Shown here: positions 1-13,337 of the stretch, in pieces | Numbering within the stretch: the stretch's first letter is position 1 | Layout of the letters: every line of letters begins with the position of its first letter | NCBI RefSeq assembly: GCF_006345805.1 | Contig: NC_043001.1 | Coordinates: forward strand, 57,226,001 to 57,290,000 | Direction: 5' to 3' | DNA length: 64,000 nt | Source of the DNA: Octopus sinensis | Taxonomy: Eukaryota | Notes under the pieces: generated by a model | Told to the model about the DNA's origin: nothing | Databases searched by the model: none | What the model saw: the letters and a program-made list of their open reading frames with translations, nothing else | Program-made: the position numbers and the translations under genes

Positions 1-149
1 GCTATTCATCCCATTCACTCACTGGAGTAAATAAAATAAATTAACAGTCAAGTACTGCGATCAATACAATTAATAATTCTTCTTTCAAATCTGTTAACCT
101 TGTGCTAGAGTCAGAAATCATTGTTTGCTCTTCTTTATCTCCAAACATT

Positions 150-780
150 GTAAAATCAACTGCATTAAAAGCATGACAATCCCGTGCTCTCTGAGTTATT
201 CTGTTCATACTGTCTATTGCGGTATATTTTCATATACGGTAGTAGCGTGCAATTTGAGGGACATGTACTTCTATTTCCAGCATGTCAGAAAAAAAACATA
301 TAGAATATTTCCCACGGAACGGTTATGCCATGAGTTATTGTCCTTGTTTACTCCCATTTTTAGCTCTGATCATGCCAAGTGATACTGTCTAGTCATTTTC
401 CTTCATACAGGAACGACAGAATCATATAGTCCAACGTGGCTGTTGCTTGAGGGCGATTTAGCTGCCATTTGTGAATTAACAGCGAAGTAATAGAGTAGGG
501 CAAAACAGCGTTTCTAATACTGTCGAGATCACATTTGTTTTCATCCTTTCGTTGTAGATAAAACAAAGTCCGCAGATGTTGAATCAGAAATAATCCCTTA
601 TGGTACCCATTTTAGCAGACATTGTGCTCCGAGTTCTATGGTGATAGGCTAAATACATAATCTAGTTTAAAACAATCACATCGTCATAAGAACGTCTTGT
701 GTGGATAGCTTCTTTCTTAGAATTCATTATGATTGGACGCGCTACAAATGGAGAAAAAAAGGCTTATGAACACTTCCCTT
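150..780 (-). mobile_element. Highly decayed RTE-like LINE 3' remnant (tentative)
   Basis: Minus-strand frames with stops give pieces such as MKTNVISTVLETLFCPTLL and SLGMIRAKNGSKQGQ, loosely resembling the RT C-terminus of RTE ORF2. No intact motif. Confidence 0.25.
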
Positions 781-868
781 ACAGAATTAACGATAAAAAT
801 ACAAATAAATTGAAGTAAACTCTTACTTCCATTTGCTCAATGGCTGCGGGGATTTTTTAATAATTTGT

Positions 869-1116
869 TTTATCTTTTATCTTTTTCAGTCATTAGACAG
901 CGGCCAGGCTTCCGCACCGAATGGAAGAACTTTTGGACCCCCTGTACTATTTTTTATTTTTGCTGATATATATTATATCGGTCTGTTTTTACCGAATCGA
1001 TAAGTTACGGGAACGTAAATAAACCAGCACCCGTTGATAGGTGGTGGTGGGGAAAAACTCAGCCACACACACACATATATACATACGCACATGCACACAC
1101 ACACACACACACACAT

Positions 1117-1152
<36 letters not shown>

Positions 1153-1179
1153 GCTGAACTTATATATATAAATATAAAT

Positions 1180-1215
<36 letters not shown>

Positions 1216-1503
1216 ATATATATATATATATATGTTATAACACTATTCCACATATACAAAATAGCCATACCAACAATCCAACATACTTCTATCATCAGCT
1301 ACCCCACCGATATCATTATGGATTCGACACCTGGGCAATATATGACGGTGTTTAAGTTCCCTTCTACCAAATCCACTCACAAGCTTGTGGTCTGCCCGAG
1401 GCTATAGTAGGAGACACGTACGTCCCCAAGGTGTCACGCTGTGGGTCTGAACCCCGAACCATGTGGCCGGGAAGTGAACTTCTTACCACATAGCCACGCC
1501 TGT
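869..1503 (-). mobile_element. tRNA-derived SINE (family B) with internal (CA)/(TA) microsatellite
   Basis: Minus strand starts CAGGCGTGGCTATGTGGTAAGAAG (A box) ... GGTTCGGGGTTCAGACCC (B-box-like). Body and tail at 869-1060 match the copies at 42515-42670 and 56420-56625. Confidence 0.75.
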
Positions 1504-1825
1504 TTTATTTATCGTTATTTTTTTATTTATTTCATTTTATTATCATAATTATTTTATTGAAACAATGCCAGTTGAAGAATATTTTTGAATAGGAAAAAAG
1601 TGTACATCAAAATGCTACATTTATATCCCTGTTTACATTGATGAATCTGCATTCATATGTGGCTTAATTTGTTACTTTGATGTTATTGCTTGTCCTATAT
1701 TTGATGTTTTGTCTCCGACTGGTTATTCCAGCCGCTCCCTTCACCACAGATGTTTATTTGTTGCTCTTGTTTGAACATTAAATTTTATTACTTATTCCAT
1801 TGTTTACATATCTTTTGATAAGAGT

Positions 1826-1859
1826 TGATAATAACAACAATACTACTACCACCACCACC

Positions 1860-1906
<47 letters not shown>

Positions 1907-1930
1907 ACCACCACCACCATCACCACCACC

Positions 1931-1962
<32 letters not shown>

Positions 1963-1990
1963 AACTACTACTACTACTACTACCACCACC

Positions 1991-2046
<56 letters not shown>

Positions 2047-2109
2047 CACCATCACCACCACCACCACCACACTACTACTACTACTACAACTACTACTACT
2101 ACTACTACT

Positions 2110-2146
<37 letters not shown>

Positions 2147-2157
2147 ATGATAATAAT

Positions 2158-2194
<37 letters not shown>

Positions 2195-2292
2195 TAATAA
2201 TAATAATAATGATGATGATAATAATGATGATGATAATAATGATAATTACAACAACAACAATAATGATAATAATAATAATTATTATTATTATT
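1826..2292. repeat. Compound trinucleotide microsatellite (ACT/ACC/AAT/GAT)
   Basis: Directly visible; explains the poly-T/P/Y/H ORFs. Confidence 0.97.
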
Positions 2293-2293
2293 A

Positions 2294-2472
2294 AAGAAGC
2301 GAGCTGTCGGAATCGTTAGCACGGTGGACAAAATGCTTAGAGGTATTTCGCGCGTTGCTAAGTTCTGAGTTTAAATCTCCCTTTCGGGGTTGATGCATCA
2401 TTTACCAGTTGAACACTGGGGTTAATGTAATCGACACATCCTCTCTCCCAAAATGGCTGCCTTTGTGGCAAA
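2294..2472 (+). mobile_element. SINE family A, internally deleted
   Basis: GAAGCGAGCTGTCGGAATCGTTAGCACG...GGTATTTCG...TTCTGAGTTTAAAT...CTGGGGTTAATGTAATCGAC matches the intact copy at 40553. Confidence 0.8.
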
Positions 2473-2484
2473 ATTCAAAGTCAT

Positions 2485-2608
2485 TCTTCTTCTTCTTTTT
2501 CTTCTTCTTCTTCTTCTTCTTATTCTTATTCTTCTTCGTCTTCTTCTTCTTCTTCATCTTCTTCTTCTTCTTCTTCTTCTTCTTCTTCTCTTCTTCTTCT
2601 TCTTCTTC

Positions 2609-2692
<84 letters not shown>
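2485..2692. repeat. (CTT)n-(ATT)n-(AAT)n microsatellite
   Basis: Directly visible. Confidence 0.97.
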
Positions 2693-2695
<3 letters not shown>

Positions 2696-3514
2696 GTTTC
2701 ATCCTGGCTGCTCAAGATCAAAGCCTATTAACCCGGAACTACCAGGCCAATGTGATGAAAAATGGAGCAGACCCAAAATGCCGATTCTGCAAAGACATGA
2801 TTGAAACAGTGGATCACCTAATCTCTGGATGTAAAGACTTAGCACCAGTGGAGTATAAATTAAGACATGACAGAATTGGCCAATATCTACACTGGCTAAT
2901 AAGTCGGCATTACAATATCAAAACTGCCGACAAGTGATATAATCACCACCCTGAAGCTGTAACTGAAGGAGAAAATGTAACGATTCTGTGGGACTTTCCA
3001 GTACATACAGACGAGACCATCAAAGCCGATAAACCGGATATTGTTGTGAAAGAACAAAACAATAAAGTTTGCTTATTGATCGACATGAGCATCCCATGTG
3101 ATCATAATATCTCGGCGAAAGAGTTTGACAAGCTCAGAAAATATAAAGACCTGCCCATTGAATTTGAGAAAATGTGGCATCTCAAGGCGGTTACAATACC
3201 AATGATCGTAGGAGCACTAGGAATGATCAAGAAGGGAACCGAAAATTATATAATGATCCCTGGCTTACCATCCATGCAAGAAGTGCAAAAGATTGTCTTA
3301 ACTGGTACATCACACGTATTGAGAAGAGCATTGTCGATGTGAGAACTAGTACTACCCATGTATTTTAATTTAACTTAAAAAAAAAATGAACGACCTATTG
3401 AGTTTAGTTTAATGGCCTACCAATGTATACTAGGAGTTTCTTTGCCCTAGGAGTCGGGTAGACACTCGGCAAAGAAATGGAAGCAAATTTGAAAGAAGAA
3501 GAAAAGTAGATAGC

Positions 3515-3548
<34 letters not shown>
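2696..3548 (+). mobile_element. 5'-truncated Dong/R4-clade RLE non-LTR retrotransposon (family 3)
   Basis: FILAAQDQSL, CCHC knuckle CRFCKDMIETVDHLISGC, RHD, and a PD..D RLE motif (KPDIVVK...LIDMSIP), with one internal stop. ORF ends at 3342, followed by a 3'UTR and (TAA)n tail; (AAT)n also lies 5'. Confidence 0.92.
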
Positions 3549-3550
<2 letters not shown>

Positions 3551-3690
3551 GCGGTGAGATGGCAGAAGCCTTAGCACAACGGGTACAATACTTAACGGTA
3601 TTTCACCCGTTTTTACCTACTGAGCTAAAATTCCGTCGAGTCGACTTTGCTTTTCAGCTTCTGGGGTCGATGACATAAGTATTTTTACAC
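3549..3690 (+). mobile_element. SINE family A (degenerate)
   Basis: GCGGTGAGATGGCAGAAGCCTTAGCAC...GTCGACTTTGC...GGGGTCGATGACATAAGTA. Confidence 0.7.
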
Positions 3691-3696
3691 ACATTG

Positions 3697-4030
3697 AAGT
3701 GCTGTCAGCTGCGCTTGTCAAAGATTCGCGCAGGGCGACGAAACCGTCCTTCACACACTCGTGCAGTGTCCGAGCATTGCTTATATATTACTTCATGTCG
3801 AAAACCTGCTGTCACGTATAGGACGGATCAAACTATCCGCTAAGCCAATCGTGAAGAAAGCCATGCTGCCTTCCTTTAGCCGAGAAATGCCGGCAGTTTA
3901 TATCTGCATGGCGGCCATGAGAAAGTTATTTTGAATTATTTTATATTTATTCGTTTTATGACATTTTACACGACAAAACTTACACTGTATAGTCCTGTCC
4001 CGTCTGTATCGTCCTTAGTGTTTTTCTTCA
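3697..4030 (+). mobile_element. Tx1/L1-clade LINE 3' fragment (C-terminal zinc finger plus tail)
   Basis: Translates as CQRFAQGDETVLHTLVQCPSI...LLSRIGRIKLSA, homologous to 4780-4930 and 32846-33193. Confidence 0.7.
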
Positions 4031-4110
4031 TGCAAACACTGTGTCAGATAAAGAAATCATTATAATTATCGCTGTTTTTGTTGTCGTTGTGGTTGCTATT
4101 ATTATTATTG

Positions 4111-5130
4111 TGGGAGAAAGGAAGATATCTCTGAAAGACCGGGCGGAAGTAGCAAATGCATATATTGCCTCGGTAGCGTACTACCGCCTAACCGACGTAC
4201 CTTGTCATAAGAAAACTCTGATCAGAGTGGAGCGCTTGCTTTTCCTATACTTATAGAAGGGTCAGGTTCCACTGGTCAGAAAATCCATCTACTGTCAACA
4301 CCCACACCATAGCCGTCTTGGGATGCCATACTTAATGATGCGGCGTCACGCTTTGAAGCTGTCCCACCTACAGGAATACCTAACTTACTGTGATGATGTG
4401 GACGACGACGACGATGACGACGAAAATAAGGGTGACTCGTGTTGGCGTCTTTCACCCGACAGGACTTTCCGCAGCTTATCGCATAGACAGAGCTGCATTC
4501 ATGGGTCAAACGTAGAACAAAGTTGAGTGGTTGGCTTCTAGAATGTTGCCAGGCGCTCACTACATTGTACCAGTTGCCCAGTAGCGGGAAAAAGAACCAT
4601 TGTACCAGTAGCGGGGATAAAAACCCAAGATTTCTATAGGGGGCTAGTTGAGGATATGAGTGATAATTGCCTAGGATTAAATCTAGGCATCAACGATAAC
4701 AAGTCTTTGGCTTGGCAGTAACATGGAGGAGCATTGCCCGTTCGAGACAAGCACTTCAGGCTTGCAAGTGCCAACAGCCAAACCTGCCCGAGATGCCCGC
4801 TGCGGGACGGAACTGTCCTGCGCGCAATAATTTCGTGTCCGCACATTAGGGAGTTGTGGGATTATGTGGAGCAGCTGTTGTAGCGTGTAAGACGAATTCG
4901 GCTGTCTGCCGAATGTATAGTGAAGGTCGACGTACTACCTTCTCTTTGGAAAGATGGAAGGCAGATCTTTCTCTTCTTAGTGGCTGTGGTTTAAAGACAG
5001 GCACATTCCTATCTGGTAAAGACGTCATTAATTTCTTCAAATATAATTTGAAGGGGAAGGTGAGTAGAGATGTAGGCACTCGCGGCTCACTGCTTCCTTT
5101 TCAAATATTGGCACAAAACCAGAAATTTGG
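4111..5130 (+). mobile_element. Tx1/L1-clade LINE ORF2 C-terminal fragment
   Basis: ERKISLKDRAEVANAYIASVAYYRLT..PC..LIRVERLLF..KGQVPLVR...LGMPYLMMRRHALKL, then zinc finger TCPRC...TVLRAIISCPHIRELW; stops and frameshifts present. Confidence 0.8.
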
Positions 5131-5201
5131 AGGGGAATAAGTAGGCCTGCTATGTTATGTATAACACGGTAATATACTGCAATCAAAAAATGTTGGTAAT
5201 G

Positions 5202-6446
5202 TATTGTCATCCCATAAAGAAGGCTATTTTTCAATTGCATGAACTAACAATCGAAGGTGAACGGGTTAAACTACCTGCTATAAAAGTAGGAAGTAATTTT
5301 AACTGTGTCCTTATTCTCAATACAAGTTTTCAAGAGTGCAGTTCAATTTTAACAGTTATGTTTTCAAAGCTATAATGTAAATGACAAAGGAGCATATTCA
5401 GCCTATTTCGCTTATTGTCTTCAATAAAGGCAACAACGCAACTGAAAAAGCGAGGAATATTAATGCAGTATATGGACATCGGACAATAAGCGTAAGCTAG
5501 CATAAACAGTGGTTCCAGAAATTCAGAGCCGGAAACAACAGCCTAGAAGATGAGCCTATCCCAGATCTGTAGAGCTCGATGAGGCCGCGTTGCAGACCCT
5601 GGAGAATGAAAACCCCATTGTAACTGCTGATAAACTAGCAGAGAAGCTTGGATTTGGTCATTCAACCATTCTTCGACACTTGCGTGCCATCGGAAAAGCT
5701 AACAAATTAGGTAAATGGGTTCCTCACAAACTTTCCGAGTCAGATCGCCCGCAGAGAATAAATGTGCGCTCTTCTTAGCAGTCACACCTCATGAATGACC
5801 CTTTTTTGGACCGAATAGTGACTGGTGACGAGAAATGGGTTCTCTATAAAAATGTCAAGTGGCAAACACAGTGGGTAGGAAAAGGAGAAACACCGGCACC
5901 CCAGGTTAAAGAAGGTCTTCACGACGTAAGGTGTTATCTATTTGGTAGGATATGAAAGGTTTAGTTGACTTTGAAATTTTAAACCCAAACCAAACGAAAA
6001 CAAAGGAGATCTACTACCAAGCAGCTTGAGCGGATTAAGTCAGCGCTCGAAGGAAAATGACCATCTTTGGTTTCAAGACGAAAGGTGTTCTTCCATCAAG
6101 ATAATGCTCGGCCACATGCAGCGAGAATGAGATTTTAAAGGCTGGAGTAGTTTGAATGGGGAACGATGCCCCACCCACCATATTCGCCGGACATTTCCCC
6201 ACCTCATTATAATTTATTCTGCAGTCTTCAAAATCATTTGGACGGAAGAAATATGAATTCGGTAGACGAGATCAGAACAGTACTGAAGGAATATTTTTCG
6301 TCACGGATAGATGAATTTTGGAAGAGAGGGCCTTGCAAGTCAACAAGATAGATAGAAAAGCATTGTAGAAAATGAAGGTGAGTATATTTTAGATTGAAAA
6401 ATAATAGAAGTATAAAAAAAAACATTATTTTTGGGAGTGTCCAATA
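5202..6446 (+). mobile_element. mariner (Tc1/mariner) DNA transposon, full-length, defective
   Basis: Degenerate TIRs (TATTGTCATCCCATAAAG at 5202 vs reverse complement TATTGGACACTCCCAAAA ending 6446), TA at both ends, about 1.25 kb. Confidence 0.9.
5381..6400 (+). pseudogene. mariner transposase pseudogene
   Basis: WVPHKL, IVTGDEKW, HQDNARPH and YSPDISPPHY motifs; third catalytic D replaced by H; multiple stops and frameshifts. Confidence 0.9.
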
Positions 6447-7174
6447 CATCAAGACAAACAAGAGTGGATGGTGAAGATTGGAAATCCTTAGGAAAAAGCC
6501 TTTTAATTCAGGGATAATTTGAAACTAAACAACGAAAACACAATAATAAACAAAACGATAAAACACAAAACATCGCATTTACATTTTTTTGTTTGAGTTT
6601 CTATATTGCTTTTTGCTTATTTCCTCGATATTCTTAAATGTTTAAATGATAAAATATACTTTTCTGTGGTGCAGATAACTCTGGAATCTCTCTAACACCT
6701 GCTTTTATATTTTTTAATTAATTCTCTATCACTTAACAGTACACAAATTATAAATAACGAAATTTATATTTCCTTTATGTCATTTCCTGCCTATTACAGC
6801 CTTGATGTTTCCTCGCCATGTACTACATCACCTAATTGGAGTTGATGACCTTTGTAGTCCATTTGCTGTGTGAGCTGTTTAGGTAATTTAGAAAAGATAC
6901 CCCCTACCAACAGATACACTACCAGTGAAATTGAAGCAATATACTTAGGAAGTTGGGGTCAGTGAGAATATATATTAAATATATGAATGTCAGCAGGTGT
7001 AAGTTTCCTATACATTAATTAATTCAGCCTCTACTAACTTGTATAATTTTCCACTGGAGTTAGTAGACATATTAAATGTCAGATGGACTAGGAATTTTCT
7101 AAAGTAAAATATATTCATACTCTTTATCCTTCCTACGAAACTCTTTTAGAATGTATCATCTGTCATACTTTCTC

Positions 7175-7175
<1 letters not shown>

Positions 7176-7265
<90 letters not shown>

Positions 7266-7611
7266 TTTATGCCTGACTAAGCAAGAAGAGATTTTGGCAT
7301 TGTTGTTGTTCTTGTTTCTGTGTATTTTATGGAAATTATCGTAACCGAAAGTAACTTCAGACAAATTATTTATTAAAGAGGACATTTAAGATTAATTTAT
7401 ATGCTTAGAATATTTATTGGTATCCGCACTAAAGCGAAAACAATTTACACTTGTGTGATATTTACAAGAGAGCGGGGTGGGTGATCGTTGTAGATAATGT
7501 TTAGGAGTTATAACAAGAATAGAATTAAAAGACATAAATAGAACTCAGAATATACACACTCATAAACATATACACATATGCATACATACATACATACATA
7601 CACACGCGCAT

Positions 7612-7659
<48 letters not shown>

Positions 7660-7830
7660 ATACATATCTGTGCGTGTGTATATATATATATATATGTGTG
7701 TGTGTATGCATAGATGCGTATGCATATCAGTGTACATGTATGCATGTTTTTATGTTCATGAATATGTATATACACACAAGCATACACACACAAGCACACA
7801 CACACATACACACACATATATACACATAGT
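7176..7830. repeat. (TA)n and (TA/CA)n microsatellite blocks
   Basis: Directly visible at 7176-7265 and 7555-7830. Confidence 0.9.
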
Positions 7831-7889
7831 TTGTAGACAGTAAATATTTGAAATGACAGCACAGGAGCAGCAAATTTTGAAAATTATAT

Positions 7890-8860
7890 CAATAGTTTCA
7901 CATATTAATGCCGAGAGTGAGAATCTCTGTTCGTGCCCCTACGTTTTGGATATTAGTACTTCGTCAGAACCAAACAAATAGTAAAGCATGAGGCGAGTGA
8001 GATATAGAGAGTCATGAAGTGCGCACAAAGCAGGCGATGTGGAAGCTATGTGGGAGTGATTGTATATGGGATAGTGGTAAGAAGGTTGGAAGAGGTAGGT
8101 GTGTATCACAGTTTATCTATCATTTGAAGCGGACAGTAAATGGTTTGTGTGTAATGTAGCGGATGATTGCGTATAACTATCCGGAAATATAGTTTTGCAG
8201 CGTAGGCCAGAAGTTATGGATGTCGGTGTGTGTGTAATTTTAATAGGAGAATATGAAAGAGTGTGTCAGATGATAAATGTGTGTGCATATGTGCGTGTGT
8301 TAGAGGATGAATAAAGTATTGATGAAGTGCAGCATATGGCATGGCAAGAGGTAGATGGATGTTGTAGTTGATGTGTATGCAAGTGCATAATAAAACGACT
8401 CGGATGTAGGAAGACTCGGATTTGGGCAAGCGATTGAAAACAGAGACGGGAAGGTTAAAATGTTACGTGAGAGAAAATTGCTTGAATTTTGTGAAGGTAA
8501 GTAAAGTAAAAGAATTTGGGTAAAAAAAAAGAAAAAGTTCAATCATTATATTGGTAAAAGAACCGGAGAAATTGGTAGAAATCTCCGACATTGTGACATG
8601 CATGATACGGTGAAGAAAAGTGCCAGATGAACGCAAGGGAGGGACCAACATAGTCATTTATTAGACCTGTATCAATCGGTGTCTATGTTATATCCTCGGA
8701 GAGAATCGTAGCTTATATCTCTCTGTACAATGTACACAATCTAGAATTTAGGTAAACTGCGCAGTCTAATAATATCCATTGTAATCAATGCACTGACAAC
8801 GTGAATTAATTCCTCAACTGCTATAGCACTGCACGTTGTGAAATGCAATGTAACGTATTC
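7890..8860 (-). mobile_element. Penelope-like element 3' relic (GIY-YIG C-terminus, pyrimidine-rich 3' region, decayed hammerhead)
   Basis: Minus frames give LQWILLDCAVYLNSRLCTLY.EI..TIL (about 8690-8790) and NK*...PCVH (about 8625-8660), matching the W.IL..A..Y...C.LC..EK and NKR...CRH end of PLE endonucleases. CTGACGA...CCAAAACGTAGG at 7932-7972. Confidence 0.6.
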
Positions 8861-9899
8861 CATTTTTTAAAAAACAAACATTTGATTTCCGCCTCCCCGT
8901 GAATGTAACCCAAGCTGCTGCCCCACAGATTTTTATCTGTCGGTGAGGAAGAACAAATGGGATCGATTTGAATTGTTTCTAATCTTCAAAAGTTACCCAT
9001 CTTCTGTCCACAGAATGATTAATAGCTTTTCGCTATTTATAGCATATTCAAACTAGAACACAGCGAAACTGGTCAGTTAATGTGATTGAAACTGTCTTAG
9101 GAGATGCTTTATACGTTTTGGCTCTAATCAGCTTCTGTTGCTTGACACATTTGCCATTGAAAGATAATTGAATTGGACTGCAGTAAAAGCTAGAATTTAT
9201 CCTTACCATTTCCCTTTTATTATTCAACTTCGCTATAGAGACTAAGTTCGTTTAACTGCAGTAACTTCATTATCGTGTTTATTTGAAATTATTTCTGTTT
9301 CAGTTTTACTAAGTCCTCTTTAGACAATCTTTGCTTTAGAAGCAATAGAAATAATCTTAATGACGTAGAAATATTGGGCAGATGGGAAAGCATATATGTA
9401 TTAAAAGCAATTCAAGAAGTTAAGTCGTAATTGTTAAAAGATAATAGTTTGTTTTAGTGAATTGTGCCTTCCTTGATTGTAGTAGTTAATGACTGTATTA
9501 TCTAAGCCAAAGTATTTGAAAACTTCCTCTGATATTATTCCTGTAGCTAATATTTTCAACTCCAGGAGGTACACTAACAATGCTCTTTAAATTTTAGCCA
9601 TACAAATTTCAAATTTATTTCACAAAATCATGAGACTCTGAGGTTGGGACAAGAATCAAACTTTGGTAAAGGCAAAGCAATGACAATCACACATTAATCT
9701 GTTCATTTCTGCTTAAAATCAGTGTTAAAATAAGAGAAACATCCATAGCACTCAGACACATATGCCCGCATATCAATGCATAGGGTAAAACATGGCCTTT
9801 TTTAAAGCTATATCATCTATATGTATACATGTTTTAAAGAGATAAAAATTTAACCTCTCCGTGAAATGTTAGCAAAAACATCACAGGTTATATTTCCGT

Positions 9900-11650
9900 T
9901 TTGGCGGTAAACGTTAGGTTTCTTTGATCTTCATCAAAGAAAAAAGACACCACTTTTAATCTTCTTTAGCTCTTAATTCAGCAGTCATTTAGCAGAACTG
10001 TCTTGATAGTTGTTCTATCCGTAACCATCCTCATTGTTATTCTGACATAGTGTATGTTTGATTTCATTACTCAATTAGGCCTTCCTTTTCAATGGTGGCT
10101 GAGTGTTACGCAGTTACTATTACTAGCAATCATATGCATATCTTTGACTGTAGGAATACTCTTTAGCCGCTATTCATAGTCGATCGAACAAATATTTTAT
10201 AAAACGCGTTTCAACGGCATTTAACTCAGCTTTTGTACGGAAGAATCTATTTGGGTCGACATTATTCAATATAACCTTCTTTAGGAGAGGGCGTACTTGG
10301 TGGACATATGGCTGCTATTTGTAAGAAACCAATTGATTAAGTAGAGATTCACAACTATTTCTAGTGCGTCTACTATTGTCATTATTGCTGTTGTTGCTTA
10401 TTCCCTGTTTGTTATTGTTGTAGTTGATGTAGTGATGGAAAAACACCAAATTTCTGAAAGCATTCTGCATTAATTATATTTATATAAACTAACATTATAA
10501 TTTTTGCTTAACAGTTAATCGGTTAGAGCGATTGTTGCCAATGAAATGAATATAGCTTTGTTGTTGTTAGCCACCTCTACCAATAGAATTTCCATGAAAG
10601 GTTTCTTTTTCAGCAGAATCCATCCCGTCTTTACCTTTGTTAGTTTATTACCTCAGACTATATTATATAATGCTTCTTTCTTTTCTTAACCTCGATGAAT
10701 TAGGATTTGAGAGACGTTTTGTCGGTAATTCAAGTATGTGTAGATAATCTACAAATGTTCATTTCTCACTTCAGAGAGAGTTGTGTAGTGTGGTGGACTA
10801 TAATGCAAGGTAGTGTCTAATGGTACAGAGTAGGACACTTCTTGCAGTGAATCTATAAATAAGACTGAGCGTCCATTTTCCTCGGAGGCTTAAACCGACA
10901 TAGCGAGCAAGGGCTCACTCTAATTCTAGTCTTCTGTGCTATCGTGGCAGCGAAGTATAAGCTTCTAGAGAACAAGTAGATGTCATTCCCTTACAATTAA
11001 GAATTGTGATGGTGGATGATGACTGTATTAGTTTGAAATCTTCAACAATCATTTACTTGCTGCTCGTTGACCAGGATATCCTACTGTCAAACTCGTCTGC
11101 AACATCGTCACGTGAAATAATGCATTGTAACAATGGTGTTGCTTTTGCGTACATCTAGGTCTTGCCAATGGTTATTGGCTTTTCCACTGCAGTCAACTGT
11201 CTTAAAGCTGTTTAGGATTTCATTAGGTCGAATTCACTTTCTAGATATTTCAGCAGATTCTGTTTGAAGGATAGTATGTGAAAACTTACCAGAAAGATGA
11301 TATCGCTCTCGAATTGCAAATGTACGCCCTGTGCAATTGAAAGCTACCAGCAGGCGTTTGGGTAGCCTTAGCAGATGTCAATGTGTTACAATCTGTATGA
11401 CCTGGTCTCCATTCAAAAGTTTATTTCTTCCCTTCTTCCCAGCAGTCTCAGGGGCACTGAAAACTGTCATGGGCGCTGACATATCTCCTATGACAAAGTC
11501 ATTAAACAAATAGAAATTGCAACATGAGACAGACAATTCTAGCATCTTAACATCTTTACACGTCATTGTCATTTTAGAAGATACGAAGAAAAAATGACTG
11601 CAAATCATTTCAGTGGTAGTATTGTATTTCAGTAATATCCATTGTTTGAG
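9900..11650 (-). mobile_element. Decayed APE-type (RTE-like) LINE remnant
   Basis: FVIGDMSA...GKKG..NGDQVIQI (11400-11500) resembles the APE GDFNA...G.RN.NG motif; VRITMRMVTDRTTIKTVL near 10000 resembles the RTE C-terminus. Heavily deleted. Confidence 0.4.
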
Positions 11651-12114
11651 ATGTAATTTAATTCTTTATGTGAGCAGATCAGATATAACATGCGATATGC
11701 GATTGACAACGATGCAATTATATTTCTATATATTTATTTTACAAATAAATCAAAGCAATTTATAATATACATTCAGTTTCCTTAGTTGCCATTAAATAAA
11801 CAATGCTCTAAGTATTTTACATGAATGTAAACAATCATATAAATACATAATCCGATACTCATATGCTAAAATGGTTTTCTGTGAAAGTTTCGCGAAATAT
11901 TCAAATTTCTTCAAAAATAGCATATTATACATACCCGTCACTTTCCCACTTTCTACCATATATTTGATATGATTTTGATTAGATCAACCAAAAAGCTAAA
12001 CCCGAACTTCCTGATGAAAATACAAGTGTGCAGGGAAAATAAGGAGAGTGAGAAATACCAAAAGATAACAAAAGATAACATTTCTAAGGTACTTTTCGAT
12101 GCTATTTTCGATGT

Positions 12115-12550
<436 letters not shown>

Positions 12551-13171
12551 GAAATACCAAAAGAGTCACTGATGAAGAACATTTGAGACATTCTTAATTG
12601 ATATCATTGTAGAAAAATTAATCAAAGGAACAATAATAGGCTACATGGGTGTTAAAAAATGCTCATTTTCTGTTGATTTAGAGATTTTAGAAGCATACCA
12701 ATGTGGAACATTACAGTAGAATCCAATTGAAATTGACATTAAATCATTTCCACTATTATTTAAGCAGAAATATCCAAGAAAAAAGCTAACTTCCCAGAAG
12801 GTTTTGTGGAAAATTGTCGTGCAAGAAAAGGTCAATTTAATTTTCCCTGATAGAAAAACAATATCATCATGATTTTTATCCCACAGGCATTTCATTTTCT
12901 AGATTCAAGATGAGAATAAAGCGCCAACAATATCTCAAGAATATATTGTTTTACCTTAACATTATGTGCGTAGAAAGTGATACGCTGTGCGGCATTATGA
13001 GCATAGAAAGAGAGAAACTGTGTAATATTCAATTTCAGAGCATGTAACAATTGAGTTATTTTAAAAAAATACAAGATATGTTTCTTTAGTTATTTAAGAA
13101 TTTATGTGCTATTAAACAATCAAAATGGCATACAAGTTACAGTTGTATTTTTCAACTGTCAGTATATGAAT

Positions 13172-13337
13172 GGTCATTATTCACACTATTTACATGTGAC
13201 GGATATTTGTCCCCTTCATGTTTGTTAACACAACGTTACGGTTGATATAACCACCAGTCTTCATCAGGTGTCTTGGGGGAAATTGCGAACCTGGGTTCTC
13301 ATTTCTAAGGTACTTTTCGATGCTATTTTCGATGTTA

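Noticed and set aside
1800-2331. Long homopolymeric ORFs (poly-T/P/Y/H/V), also at 11953-12591, 18018-18453, 23328-23711, 43203-43526, 46268-46633 and 60219-60662
   Set aside because: Read-throughs of trinucleotide microsatellites, open in several frames and on both strands, with no domain content.
8300-8657. Hydrophobic ORFs resembling a membrane-protein N-terminus
   Set aside because: They fall in the pyrimidine-rich 3' region of a PLE relic; no splice or domain support.
12641-13074. ORFs of 84 and 60 aa in unique DNA
   Set aside because: No recognisable motif, and the length is expected by chance in AT-rich DNA.
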